In this document: positions 51,140 to 64,000 of the stretch, in pieces
How positions within the stretch are numbered: the stretch's first letter is position 1
How the letters are laid out: each line of letters begins with the position of its first letter
NCBI GenBank assembly: GCA_951406725.2
Contig: OX597829.1
Span: 33,356,001-33,420,000, forward strand
Reading direction: 5' to 3'
Length of the DNA: 64,000 nt
Source: Octopus vulgaris
Lineage: Eukaryota
The notes under the pieces: generated by a model
Databases searched by the model: none
Told to the model about the DNA's origin: nothing
What the model saw: the letters and a program-made list of their open reading frames with translations, nothing else
Position numbers and translations under genes: made by a program

Positions 51140-53545
51140 AGATTGGGCTGAAACTGACAACTCTAAAAGTTAACGGATTTTGATATAATTTTAACGAGGT
51201 GTTCCTAAGGTATTTGTCAACCTCACCTATGAAAATTATAAAAGTATAATCAATATTTTTATAGCTATATGGGTCCAAATCCGTGGTAAATCCAACAAGA
51301 AACCACACCTCATCATGCAACCTGAACCCAATAATCTAGTTCGTGATTTAATACTTACTAAGCAACAGAGTGAAGTCTTGACCTCACATCTGCAACAATG
51401 GAACCTGTTGGATAAAGATGCTCAAATTACAGTGTTCATGAAGCGTTCTGCAGATCTACAGCAATTCTTCACTTTTGAAAACAACTTGACTTATCATAAT
51501 GACATCAGAGACCTATCCAATGCCCTTGAGCTGATCTATGAACCAAATGAGTGGAGGTCATTCATAGATGCATCCCTTTACATCATAAAAGCGGTTCTGT
51601 TGCACATTGGGAACACTGTGTCTTCAGTTCCAATTGCTCACTCAATCATTTTATGAAAGACATATCAGAACCTTGCTTTTATTCTAGACTGATTAAGTTA
51701 CAAGGATCATGCATGGCTAATTTGTGCAGACTTGAAAGTATTGGGTCATCCCATAAATGATGCAGTTTTTTCAATTGCATGAACTAAAAGTTGGAGGGGA
51801 ATGGGATAAACTGACTGCATCAACTTGTTATAAAAGCAGGTAGTAATTTTACCTTTATCCTTATTCTTAGTGCAAGCCTTGAAGACTACAGTTCGATTTT
51901 AACAGTTATGTTTTCAAAGCTATAATGGAAGTGATAAAGGAGCATATTCAGCATATTTTGCTTTATGAGTTCAATAAAGGCAACAACACAACAGAAAGTG
52001 TGAGGAATACTAATGCAGTATATGGGGGTCAGACAATAAGATAGCTAAACCAGTGTCAATGGTGGTTCCAGAGCCAGAAACTATAGCTTAGAAGATGAGC
52101 CTCATCCTGGAAGATCTGTAGAGCTTGATGAAGATGTCCTGCAAACCCTGATGGAACAAAATCTGATCGTAGCTGTTGAGGAACTAGCAGAAAAGCTTGG
52201 ATTTGGTCGTTTAACTATTCATTGACAACAGCACCAAAAGAAAAATGACCATCTTTGCTTTCAAGATGAAAGGTATTCTTCCATCTGGATAATGCTTGGC
52301 CACATACAGTGAGGATGACATACCAAAAGCTGGAGTAGTTTGAATGGGAAATGATGCCCCACCCAACATATTCACCGGACCTTGCCCCAACTAATATAAT
52401 TTATTTCGCAGTCTTCAAAATCATTTAGATGGAAAAAATATGAATTCTGTAGACAAGGTTAGAAAAGTACTGGACGAATATTTTTCGTCATGGACAAGTG
52501 AATTTTGGAAGAGGGGCCTTGCAAGTCTACCAGACAGATGGAAGAGCATATAGACAATGAAAGAGAGTATATTTTAGATTAAAAAAGAACTTTATTTATC
52601 TTAATTTTGAAAAATAAAAGAAGTATAAAAAAACTGCATAATTTATAGGAGGACCCAATAGTAGCCCTATTTAATGGGCTACAAACTAGATACACCAAGT
52701 TTATGTGCTTCCTTTACAAGTAGGAGAGTAGGGCCCGTTCAGAACATTATGTATGCTCAGAATGGCTACCTCAGGAAATAATGACACCAGGATGCCATAA
52801 TATAAATCATGAGCCACTAAGTTAAGAAGGAGAAAATCATTTTGCCATCACTGCATATAAAACTAGACCTAATGAAGCAATTTACCAAAGCACTGCAACA
52901 TAACAAGTCGTAGGCCCTAAGATTCGTCAACTTATAGCAGATGAGGACTTCAAGGTGACAATGGAAGAAACTAAGCTAGCAGCCTGGCATGCATTTAAAG
53001 ATGTATGCAAAGAACTTCTGGGAAAGCACCAAGTGGCTGAGTGAGAGAGTATAGTGGAGAGCCTAATCAAGTGCTACCAAGATCTCAGATGCAATATGTC
53101 ACTGAAGATACACTTTCTTCATTCTCATCTGTCCTTCTTCCCAGAGAATGCAGGAGATGTGAGTGATGAACATGGAGAGAGGTTCCATCAAGATATAGTG
53201 TTAATGGAAAACATGTAAAAGGGAAAATGGAGCCCAGCTATGCTGGCTGACTTCTGCTGGAACTGGAAGTATGACACATCTGAGACAGCTTATAAACAAA
53301 GAAATAAATACTAAAATGTAGGTTAATACATTATATAATGCTAACATGCTGATTCATTATATATTTATGAATTAATTACAATGGACATACTTAATCTGAT
53401 TTTGGGAGCAAAATACATTTATGATAGTGTGAAAATTGGTATAAATTACATAGTTATTAAGTCAATAATTTACAAGAAAATGTGACGTAATGGGAAATTT
53501 TTGTTATAAAATTCAAATTTAGCACAATCAACCTCATAATAAAAT
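51140..53545 (+). mobile_element. Chapaev3 (CMC)-like transposase remnant interrupted by a mariner
   Basis: NLVRDL.LTKQQSEVL, EWRSFIDAS...KAVLLH.GN, ICADLKV, LHIKL.LMKQF.KAL, CNMSLKIHFLHSHL.FFPEN.GDVSDEHGERFHQDI. Superfamily name from memory. Confidence 0.7.
51741..52658 (+). mobile_element. Mariner element, internally deleted
   Basis: TIRs TTGGGTCATCCCATAAATGATGCAGTTTTTT and AAAAAACTGCATAATTTATAGGAGGACCCAA, TA on both sides. LLYEFNKG, HLDNAWPH and YSPDLAP motifs. Confidence 0.9.
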
Positions 53546-53559
53546 ATACAAGAGAACTA

Positions 53560-54720
53560 TGTTTTTTTCTTGACCCTGAAATTTGTTGTACTGTGTTATT
53601 GATACAAAGTGATCTGGACATCCAAGTTTGCCAAGTATTTTCCATAGGGAGGCCCTATTCACAGTATCAAAGGCCTTGGTTAAATCAATGAATACCTAGA
53701 CAAGCTCCATATTCTGCTCATAGCACTTCTGTATATGTCTCTATGAATCTCCATGTGGACCCTGAACTTGAATTTAGCCCTAACCATTTTGTGATCAGTA
53801 TCACAGTCAGCACCTCATAATACTCTGTGACTGCACAAATCTTGTATGTCAGCTTTCTGAATTAATACAAAGTCAATCATATGACCTTGCTTTGATCTTG
53901 GGTGAATCCAGGTAACTTTATCCTTCAACTTATGATGAAAGAAAGTATTCCCAACAACCAACCCTAGCTCAGAGCACATTTGTAGCAGATGCAACCCATT
54001 GTCATTCACCTTTTCTATTCTGTAACACCCAAGTACATTCCAAGCACCATAGTTTCTGCCAACACATGCATTAAAGTCACCAAGCACAACCAACTTCTCA
54101 TTCAAAGGGACTGACTGAATATTTCTTATAAGCTCCTCATAAAATGCATGGATATTTTCTTAACTAGCGTAAAGAGTAGGAGCATAAATAGAGAAAACAG
54201 TTACAAAATGTCCACAAGAAGTGGGGATCCAGAGTTTCATTACGTGTTTGTTTATGCTTTGTGGTTGTTCTAGGTCCTTTAGCAAATCACTTCTGATTGC
54301 AAACCCAACACTACCTTCCTTTTTTTCTCTCTTCGGCTTCCCAACTCATAATAATGTGAAACCTGCTCCTCTTTCAACAAGATTATCTTCGTCTGAACAT
54401 TTTGTTTCAGAAAGAACTGCAATATCAACATTAAGACACTTAAGCTCCTTAGTTACAAGAGCTGTTCTTTCAGGCCTATCTGCTTGATTCCAACAGGCTA
54501 GGTTAAGAGAAACCCTATTCCTTGCATATGTGTTATCATTGTTTATATCAATTCTTTGTTCATTCCTGCTAAATTGAACCACTGTTAACCACAGTAAAAA
54601 AACCAGCAGACAATTTTTAGTGCACCTTTTCTAGCACTTTCCCAGTATATCCAGGTGAGCAGTGTTCTCCTTAAAAGGGCAGCTCAGACACAGGATTCTC
54701 CACTGGAAACAGTTCCTGTC
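53560..54720 (-). mobile_element. RTE/BovB-like LINE 5' part (APE endonuclease)
   Basis: LACWN...RPERTAL...DIAVLSETK, YAPT, VLGDFNACVG, TWIHPRSK..HMIDFVL. Confidence 0.88.
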
Positions 54721-55302
54721 CATGAAAACATGTTAATGATATTAAGATAAGAACCCTGCAGATTTGTAACTGCATGCTTCGTCAGACTCTATATAGATAC
54801 AAAATTTAAAATATCTACGTTGCAGACATGAGGAAATGCTCAGAAGTTGAGGAATATATCTTAACAAAAAACGTTAATAAAGATGGGTTATTCCCCTGAA
54901 TCAGACTGGGGAGGGAAAGATCCTTATAAACCTGAAGAGGCCTAATTTTTCCAGCAAGTAGTGCTTGAAGTGGATACATTTAAAAAACACTTCTTTACAG
55001 CTGTTTAATGCACCAGGTTTCTTATAGTCCTTAAGAATTTTGGCACTCTCCATGATGCAGATCTTGCAACAGCCACTTCCTTTAATATATGGGCCCAGAT
55101 ATCAATTAATTTTCACCTGATATCACATGGGATCTCTTGATCTTTGAGGTACCATACATGGCGGGCCAGGGACATGACAAACTGTCTTTCTGGGACTCTG
55201 AAGGATGACAGGTGGTTAAGAAAACGTCGCTTGAATGAAATACTTAAAGAACCGTTATATTTACACACATGGTAACATATGGCCTGGGGCTGGTCATATG
55301 TA

Positions 55303-56999
55303 TACAGGTTGTGGTGAATAAATTGTCTAAATTACACAAAAATGAAAATAACACTGACATCTCATTTTTACAGATATATTTATCAAAATTATATAAAAAT
55401 ATCTTGAAATACTCAAGAGTAAATGTATTCAATAAAATTACCATTGGCTTCAACCACAGCCTCCAGACAACTTCAGAATCTTCTGCAACTCTTCTGGATG
55501 GTCTCTTTGTTTAAGTTGGTGAATGCTACCACAATCCTTACTTTCAGTTCACTTTTGGTGTTACAAGGAGTTTTGTGTGTCTCACGCTCAACTGCACCCC
55601 ACACAGAAAAATCAAGGGGATTGCAGTCTGGGGAGTTAGGTGGCCAGATGTTAGGGGTGGTGTGGTTGCAGAAATTGTCTGACAGCCATGACTGGGATCT
55701 CCTGCTTGTCTGGCATAGTGCAGAGTCCTGTTGCCAGCAGCCATCCTCTTGATCCAGGGCAGCACTAGGGTCTTCCAGCAGCCATCCTCTTGACCCAGGG
55801 CAGAACTACCTCCTCCAGACACTTGATGTAGGCCCACGTGTTGAGTTTGAGGCTGTGTGGGAAGATGAATGGAGCCGTAATGTTGCCATCACTAGTGATC
55901 ACTCCAAACACAATGATGTTGAATGGATGTTTGATTTTTATCACTCTTGGTACATGTTTTGGGAACATGACAAGCCAACAGTTGTTTTGTGTGTTCACCA
56001 TCTGATCCTAGCAGAATTTTTTTTTGTCTGAGAAAAACCAAAGCATGTTCAGTTGGAGGGGATGCTTGAATTTGTTCAAAAGCTTTGTGATGAGGCCTTT
56101 CCTCTTGTCCTTGATGGCTTGGGATAAAAACTGGCCCTCTCTCGACTTGTATGAGGAATACCAAATGTCTTCATGCACTACCTGCCTGATAAGAAACTCA
56201 GATACTGCCATGTCCCTGGCAATGGACCTGATTGACTTAGCGGGATCATTGTTAATCATGGCCTTGATCTCACCAACAAATTTAGGAGTTCTTTTCTTAT
56301 CAGAACAATCAGATTGAGATTTCCAAGCAGCTATACCTTTGTAATCACCATTAGACTCATCCAACTCTTTCCGAATCCTCTGCACTGTCCTCAGATTGAC
56401 ACCCTAACACTCTGAAATGCTCATATTGGGGCTTCTGGCATGAATACCAAGCAATACAGTATGTTGTTTTGAAATATCTAGTAGAGTGAATTGCATCATG
56501 GTACTGTTTTTTTCTCACAGATGGTGCCCAACCATATCACTCTTTTACTCTTTTACGCTTTTTTACTAGTTTCAGTCATGTGACTGTGGCCATGCTGGAG
56601 CACTGCCTTTAGTCGAGCAAATCGACCCCAGGACTTATTTTTTGTAAGCCTAGTACTTATACTATCGGTCTCTTTTGCTGAACCACTAAGTTACGGGGAC
56701 GTAAACACACCAGCATCGGTTGTCAAGCGATGTTGGGGGGACAAACACAGACACACAAACATACACACACACATACATACACATATATACATATATAGAA
56801 CGGGCTTCTTTCAGTTTCCGTCTACCAAATCCACTCACAAGGCTTTGGTCGGCCCGAGGCTATAGTAGAAGACACTTGCCCAAGGTGCCACGCAGTGGGA
56901 CTGAACCCAGAACCATGTGGTTCGTAAGCAAATCAAAAACAATGTGCATGCGAGAAATAAAAAATATAAAATGGCAACAATTTACCCAGTGCAACCTGT
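55303..56999 (-). mobile_element. maT/DD37D-like element with a SINE nested at 56538-56930
   Basis: TIR-like CAGGTTG at both ends. SIRSIARDMAVSEFLIRQVVHED, WFFSDKK and WPPNSPDCNPLDF motifs. Short internal tandem duplication at 55733-55808. Confidence 0.85.
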
Positions 57000-57328
57000 T
57001 TATACACCCACACTCACACACACACACACAGACGCACACACAGACACACACACACGTGTTATATTCATCAATGCTTTGATAATTTTCTTCCTGACTAGAA
57101 AAACCAGATTAACTAGATTTAATCTATAATTACTCGTAACATTCACATAGACACTTATATATGTATCTTTTATCTTTACTCTTTAACAGGTTTCAGCCTG
57201 AGGTTGAGGCCATGCTGGAGTACTGCCTTTCATTGTGTTTGGGTTTGTTTTCTGTAGTGTTTTGGAAAAGTAGTGAGTTGGACAGAGCTGCTAAACACAC
57301 ACACTTATACATATACATGTGTGTATAT

Positions 57329-57371
<43 letters not shown>

Positions 57372-57406
57372 CAAATGTACACACACACATATGCATATCC
57401 ATATAT

Positions 57407-57771
57407 ACAGGGTGATTCAAAAGTCGCCATACATAGGAACAATTTATCTTTTCATAAGAAACAGTTTATAAGAACAGTTTTTTTTAATTATTTAACAAGC
57501 TCTGTATGGTTACCATTGTTTTGAATATACATTGCAATACATTTACCCCACTCACTGTGAACTCGTAATAGCACATCTAGTGATATGTGTGCAAATGAGT
57601 TGGTGATGCATTCATTCAAATGATTTACGTCTTTCATCTTTCTGTAATACACAATGCCTTTTAAATGCACCCAAAGATAGAAATCAAGAGGGGTCAGATT
57701 AGGGGAATCTTATAAACTGTTTTTATTAAAAAAAATTTTTTCCTATGTATGGAGACTTTTGAATCACCCTG
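57407..57771. mobile_element. Tc1/mariner-type deletion derivative (MITE)
   Basis: TIRs CAGGGTGATTCAAAAGTCGCCATACATAGGA and TCCTATGTATGGAGACTTTTGAATCACCCTG. SPNLTPLDFYLW remnant on -. Confidence 0.85.
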
Positions 57772-57776
57772 TATAT

Positions 57777-58585
57777 ACAGGGCGTGGTGAATAAACTGTC
57801 ATCTAAATTATGCAGAAATGAAAATAACACTGACATCACATTTTAACAGATATTTACCAAAATTACATAAACATATCTTTAAATACTAAAGGGTAAAATC
57901 ACTATTGGCTTCAACCATGGCCTCCAAATGACTTTGGAATCTCCAGCAACTCTTCTGGACGGCCTTCTTGTTTAAGTTGGTGAATGCTGCCATAATTCTT
58001 GCCTTCAATTCAACTTGGGTGTTACAAGGAATTCTCTTGGTCTCTCGCTCAACTGCACCCCACATATAATAATCAAGGGATTTGCAGTCTGAGGAGTTAG
58101 GTAGTCAGATGTTAGGGGTGATGCGGTTGCAGAAATTGTCTGACATGGTGCAGAGCTCTGTTGTCAGACAGAGGTTCTTCTAGCAGCCATCCTCTTGACC
58201 CAGGGCAGCACTACTTCCTCCAGGCAAATGATGTAGGCCTCCATGTTAGGTCTGAGGCCATATGGGAAGATGAATGGAGCTACAACATTGCCATCACTAG
58301 TGATCACTCCAAACATCATGATGTTGACTGGATGTTTGATTTCTATCATTCTTGGTACATGTTTTGGGGACATGACAAATCCGCAAATTGACACCCAAGC
58401 ACTCTGAAATGTTTGTATTGGGGCTTCCAGTGAGAATGTCAAGCAATACAGCATGTAATTTCCAAATTTCTGGCAGTGAAGCGTCATGGTGCTGTTTTTC
58501 TCACAGATGGTGCCAAACTGACCCTACTATACTGTGTAGTTGGCAAAATCAAAAGCAAACAATGCACATGTTTGAAATTAAAAAG
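57777..58585 (-). mobile_element. Third maT/DD37D-like deleted copy
   Basis: Same family text as the elements at 50259 and 55303. Confidence 0.8.
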
Positions 58586-59734
58586 GCACACACACATATA
58601 TATATATAATTTCTATGACTAATGGGTGTATGTCAACTAGTGTGCTGATATGTTGAGTAAAGCACTAGCATGGTTTGGGCTACCTGGTATCATCTACAGT
58701 TGGGGTATATTTCCATTCGATCTACTTTGGAAATTATGCAATATATATATATATATATACACGATGGGCTTCTTTTAGTTTCCACAGACCAAGTCTGCGG
58801 ATGGTGTAAAGTCCCTTCCAGACCTAGAGTTACGTGGTGGTAGACTAGTACGGTAGACAAAGCCATTAGAGCAAAGAAACAGGCCTGGAAAGCCTGGAGG
58901 GATGGAGGTAGCAGGGAACTGTACCAGGTAGCCAAAAGCGAGGCTGGGCGGCAGGTATACATAGCCACATAAAAAGCACCATCTGAATGTGGCCGATGCC
59001 AGCGCTGCCTTGACTGGCTTCTGTGCCGGTGGCATGTAAAAATCACCCACTACACTCACAGAGTGGTTGGCGTAAGGAAGGGCATCCAGCTTTAGAAACA
59101 CTGCCAGATCAGACTGGAGCTTGGTGCAGCCTCCTGGCTTCCCAGACCCCGCTTGAACCATCCAACCCATGCTAGCATGGAAATCGGATGTCAAACGATG
59201 ATGATGGAGGTTTTTAGGATAAAATTTGTTAAAAAAAAGCTCCTACTCATCTAAAATTTGCACTCAAAAGTTTTCAGAATTGCTGATATAGCCAGGTTTT
59301 CAGTTTAGTTGTATTTAGCATAATTTCACTTATTTATGATTAGATTTTATTAAATAAAAATAATTTCTGTTTAACAGGTATCACATTGAAAGCTATTAAA
59401 TTACAAAGTGTTTGTGTTGTTTATAATAAACTTTATTTTACACATACTGCTGTATGTCTTCTCAAATCACGATCACAGGAAAGGTTGTTGATAAGAATTA
59501 CCAACAAAATCAAAGCTAATAAATATGCACAGGTGTTGCAGATTAAGTTTCATTACCAATAAATATCAGCTTGGATGACACTTTACTCAACCAACAGAGG
59601 AAGGTGATCAATCAAATTGATTATGTAAACAGAATTCTATTCTGCCTATTCTTATTGGAACCTTTGATATGGAGTATTGAAATTTTAATCCCTTTCACAC
59701 TTATAAAATGTCAAGCAAACTTTAAAATTTGTCA

Positions 59735-60366
59735 TTACCGTTATTGTCAGTATGGGCAGAACTTATGAATCATTTACTGCGAAGGAGAAATTAAATATTG
59801 CTGAATATGAATTTGAATGAGGTGATAGAGCTGCCAGAAGGCATTTTAATGTTAATGAAGCCAATGTTCAAAATTGGCGTAAACATTATGACAAACTTAA
59901 AACTGTTCCTAGTAATAAACAGGCAAAAATAAAAACATACAATCAAGATTATCCATATCATTACATTTTTTTCAGTCAGAATTATCCATATCACTATGCA
60001 TGTCAATGATGCTCCGTTACAATGGGTAGAAACTCCAAGCAATGTAAAAATATGGCCTGGACCGTGTTTACCAGCATGAATGTCAGATTTCAATAAGTAG
60101 TTAGCCATAAACAGTAAGCATTATACCATCCAACATAAAGTCAACTTCATTATATTTAAGCCATTATTTTTGTCTGTAAAAACTTATTCTGACATTAAAT
60201 GAGTCAACTTCCGATATGAACATTTATGCTTTGTATGTCTTTTTTCAACAAAAAAAATTTCTAAAAAAATTCTGGGAATGATCTACTCATGTAATTTACT
60301 CACCCACTAAAGTTCATTTTTATTTTTGTGAAAAAATGTGTGTAAATTACATGGGTTTTTACGGTA
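59735..60366 (+). mobile_element. pogo-like remnant (Brinker-type HTH)
   Basis: ESFTAKEKLNIAEY...GDRAARRHFNVNEANVQNWRK at about 59767-59885. End TTTTTACGGTA. Confidence 0.5.
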
Positions 60367-60593
60367 TATATATATATATATATATATGGGTGTGTGTGAT
60401 TGTGTATAGAAGAATATATTAATAAAAGGAATTCCAAAAATTGTGAAGCATGACTGTCAACACTACTACATGAACCCGAAGATTGCAGAATTCAATGCAT
60501 GAAAGTACTAGTTCAATCAGAATGAACATTTAACATTCTACTATTTCATTTTATTTTATTCAATTATAATATATTATCTTATAATATATCATT

Positions 60594-60644
60594 ATAAGAT
60601 TGTAAATAAAACGTGAAAATCAGACAAGGTTGGAATTCCTTTTA

Positions 60645-60686
<42 letters not shown>

Positions 60687-60737
60687 TAAAAGGAATTCCA
60701 ACCTTGTCTGATTTTCACGTTTTATTTACAATCTTAT
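60594..60737. repeat. Perfect 144-bp palindrome centred on (TA)n
   Basis: ATAAGATTGTAAAT...CCTTTTATTAA(TA)nTTAATAAAAGG...ATTTACAATCTTAT. Confidence 0.97.
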
Positions 60738-61032
60738 TGTAAATTTTTATGTGTTTACTAATCCAAATATAAAAATTAGTTCTAAAATTAATTTTCAACT
60801 GGTTGATTTATTTAAAATCTGATATCTCAGCATAGTCAATCAAATACTTAGAATCAGTAAAATGTTTTATTTCATTGAAATTATAACTCATGTGAAATTT
60901 TGTTTTTCATCAACCTGATCAAAACAAGTGCAAATAACTAAGAACATATTTGTCTCAGGAATTCCTGGTACTTATTTGTTACTTTTACAGTATTCTAGTG
61001 TGTGTGTTTGTGTCTCTGTGTGTATGTATGTG

Positions 61033-61086
<54 letters not shown>

Positions 61087-61378
61087 ATACACACACAGAG
61101 ACACAAACACACACACTAGAATACTGTAAAAGTAACAAATAAGTACCAGGAATTCCTGAGACAAATATGTTCTTAGTTATTTGCACTTGTTTTGATCAGG
61201 TTGATGAAAAACAAAATTTCACATGAGTGTATAATTTCCAATGAAATAAAACATTTTACTGATTCTAAGTATTTGATTGACTATGCTGAGATATCAGATT
61301 TTAAATAAATCAACCAGTTGAAAATTAATTTTAGAACTAATTTTTATATTTGGATTAGTAAACACATAAAAATTTACA
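60738..61378. repeat. Near-perfect 641-bp palindrome centred on (TA)n
   Basis: Arms of about 295 bp that differ only by two single-base indels and microsatellite length. Confidence 0.97.
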
Positions 61379-61712
61379 TCCTATCATTGGAATGTGATGA
61401 TCTTACAAGAGCACTGCCCCCACCCACAACATTATAACTGAAATACTCTGATTTTCTATATCCAGAGTTGCTCATTTCCATTCATCAGCTGGCAAACTTA
61501 AACTGATTTTCTTCTGAAGAGCTACTGTCTGGCATATCTTTTGAAATATGAAAATGAAAGTTTGAAGACAACACCCTTTCTTCTTTTGTTTAAAAACCTT
61601 TGTGAGTGTCATGTAAAAAAAAAAGTCTGCTTCAAGCTCATGCATTTGATTTCATTACAGGTTCTTAAAGTAATTTCTAAATATAATAATAAGTGTAGTG
61701 TTTTTATATATT

Positions 61713-61771
<59 letters not shown>

Positions 61772-63055
61772 GTTTGTATATATATATCTGTTTGTCCAAA
61801 ATCATGCAGCCTGAGTAAATGGTGAAGGGAGAAGAGTGAAAACAGTAATTCAGTGAAGGAGAAGTAGTGAGAGTAATAGCCATGACTAAGAGGAAGTGAG
61901 AGAAAGTAATAGCAATGAGAGAGAGGAAGTGGAAAAGAGAGTGTTGTGTATCTTCTACTTTAATAATACTCTTGTGTATTTCTCCGTCACAACATATAAA
62001 TAAGAAAGGAAGGGGTGATCCACCAATGGAAGTGGGATGGTGAAAAGTCAACAGTGAAACAAAAATCAAACACTGCTTCACCTCTGTGCGAGTATATGTG
62101 TGTGTGTGTAAAAGGGAGGAATGTGAATGTTTGTGTGTTTATGTGTGTGTTTGTGTAAAACATTAATATATTTGAGTGAGTGTATATGTGTTTGTGTATG
62201 TATATTTAGAAAGATACATAGAAAATAGAATTACAGATACTCATTCATTTACACATACATAAATATATACATACATATAAACAGACACACTTAAAAATGA
62301 AGGAAGCGGGCTGTGACAAAGTATAGAAAACTGTGTTCACCACAGACTGTGCTACACATACATATAAATGTATACACATGCTCTCTCTCTCTCACACACA
62401 CACACACACAGACACAGAGTTGAAGCAATGTTTGTTTTTCACCTTTTTGTACCCATTTTATATACAAAATACTACAATTAGCCATCACTTTTGATGGCAC
62501 GGGGTCAACTAAATGTCATAAACTGTGTACAGTTGAAGTCATGAAATTGCGTAGCTGTTTAAGCAATGTTCCAAAGTAGCATTGTAAGCAATATTCATAA
62601 TTAATACTTATAATTAGAATAAGTATATATTTATGTACATACAGACACACACACACACATATTGTCAATGTATCATATATCTGGAAAAGAAGTACATAGA
62701 GCAGTAATGTATTTATATGCAGTTAAATCTATGTCCGGTAACAGAGTGACCAATGATTTTGCATACACAAAGGGCTGATGGATCCATTTGTGTCTTTCGT
62801 TGTTCGAAAGAATAGTTTATGTTCCATGTATTCGTGCTTCATACTTTTTTAGTTGTACACGTTTCATGACGTCCTGTACCCACATATGCATATCATCATC
62901 ATCATTTAGCGTCCGTTTTCCATGCTAGCATGGGTTGGACGGTTCAACTGGGGTCTGGGGAGCCCGAAGGCTGCACCAGGCCAGTCAGATCTGGCAGTGT
63001 TTCTACAGCTGGATGCCCTTCCTAACGCCAACCACTCCGAGAGTGTAGTGGGTGA

Positions 63056-63242
63056 TTTTATGTGCCACCGACACAGGTGCCAGACGAGGCTGGCGAACGG
63101 CCACGCTCGGATGGTGTTTTTATGTGCCACCGACACAGGTGCCAGACGAGGCTGGCAGACGGCCACGCTCGGATGGTGTTTTTATGTGCCACCGACACAG
63201 GTGCCAGATGAGGCTGGCGGACGGCCACGATCGGATGGTGTT
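63056..63242. repeat. About 61-bp tandem array (3 units plus a diverged partial) inside an RTE-tail SINE-like repeat
   Basis: TTTTATGTGCCACCGACACAGGTGCCAGACGAGGCTGGC...GGCCACG..CGGATGGTG repeated. Confidence 0.92.
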
Positions 63243-63315
63243 TGTTACGTCCCCAAAGCACGGAGGCCAGTCTATGCGGTACTGGCTACGGCCACGTTCG
63301 GATGATTTTCTTGTG

Positions 63316-63353
<38 letters not shown>

Positions 63354-64000
63354 GTATAGATGTATGAACATATATCATCATCATCATCATCGTTTAACGT
63401 CCGTTTTCCGCGCTAGCACGGGTATATGTATAAATGCATATATATATATATATATAGATTTATGAACATATACGTATGTGTATTTATATATATTATATAT
63501 ATTATTATATGACAGAACATCATGCATCCTCTTCCAAGATGGCTTTATCTTAATAATTCTGATGCGCACTTTATACAATCTTTTTATTCTTTCATCTTTT
63601 TCCCTCTTTTTCTTTCTCATATTCTTTTACTTCTACTTCTCCCACTATTCTATCCTATTACTCTGTCATCTCTCTCCCTCATTCCTCCTCCCTTGTTCAC
63701 GTGGCTCCCATGTGACCATCGGCCATCTTTCTTTCTTTCTCTCCATTGTAGCTGGAACAAGGAAGATGTTTTCTTGTTTGTCTCCTGTCCTAGCTTGATT
63801 TATGCGTTTGCCACCACCTCATTTAAGCTTAGCAGCCCTTCCTGCTTGTTTGCACTGTCCTGTTTGTGTTACCTATTTTGATTCTCCACAAAATCCCAAA
63901 TTTTATTTAATTTGCTTTGCGGGAGCAACTGTTTTATTGAAAGCATATATTGTTGTTAAATTCTTGGAATACGAGACTAGAAAAACAGCCAACAACTGAT

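Noticed and set aside
63056-63242. CRISPR-like regular array
   Set aside because: The units are contiguous with no unique spacers, sit inside a SINE-like repeat in a eukaryotic genome, and there are no cas genes.
42500-64000. Promoter or non-coding first exon of FHIP1
   Set aside because: An acceptor-like site exists near 42673, but no promoter, CpG island or donor can be supported from sequence alone.

Overview
AT-rich, microsatellite-dense animal DNA. The SINE types and the (TA)n/(CA)n/(CAT)n load suggest an octopus-like cephalopod (inference). There is one clear host gene, on the minus strand: an FHIP1/FAM160A-like (FTS- and Hook-interacting protein) gene. I reconstructed 10 GT-AG, phase-compatible coding exons from the ATG at 42201 down to a 39-nt exon ending at 12291 (about 1123 codons). 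The conserved C-terminal exon was not found in the window. Nearly everything else is transposon debris: CR1-, RTE-, R4/Dong-, HERO- and Tx1-like LINEs, Penelope-like GIY-YIG remnants, Tc1, mariner, maT-like, pogo-like and Chapaev3-like DNA transposons, tRNA-type SINEs and foldback elements. Most short ORFs in the supplied track are microsatellite artefacts. Most interesting observations: (1) two abutting, near-perfect palindromes each centred on a (TA)n tract (60594-61378); (2) several minimal hammerhead-ribozyme-like motifs, mostly decayed, in Penelope-associated and foldback repeats; (3) short locally templated insertions, including a 36-nt copy of FHIP1 exon sequence in the neighbouring intron; (4) a roughly 95-aa internal tandem duplication in the large FHIP1 exon. 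All family assignments come from remembered motifs, not database searches.
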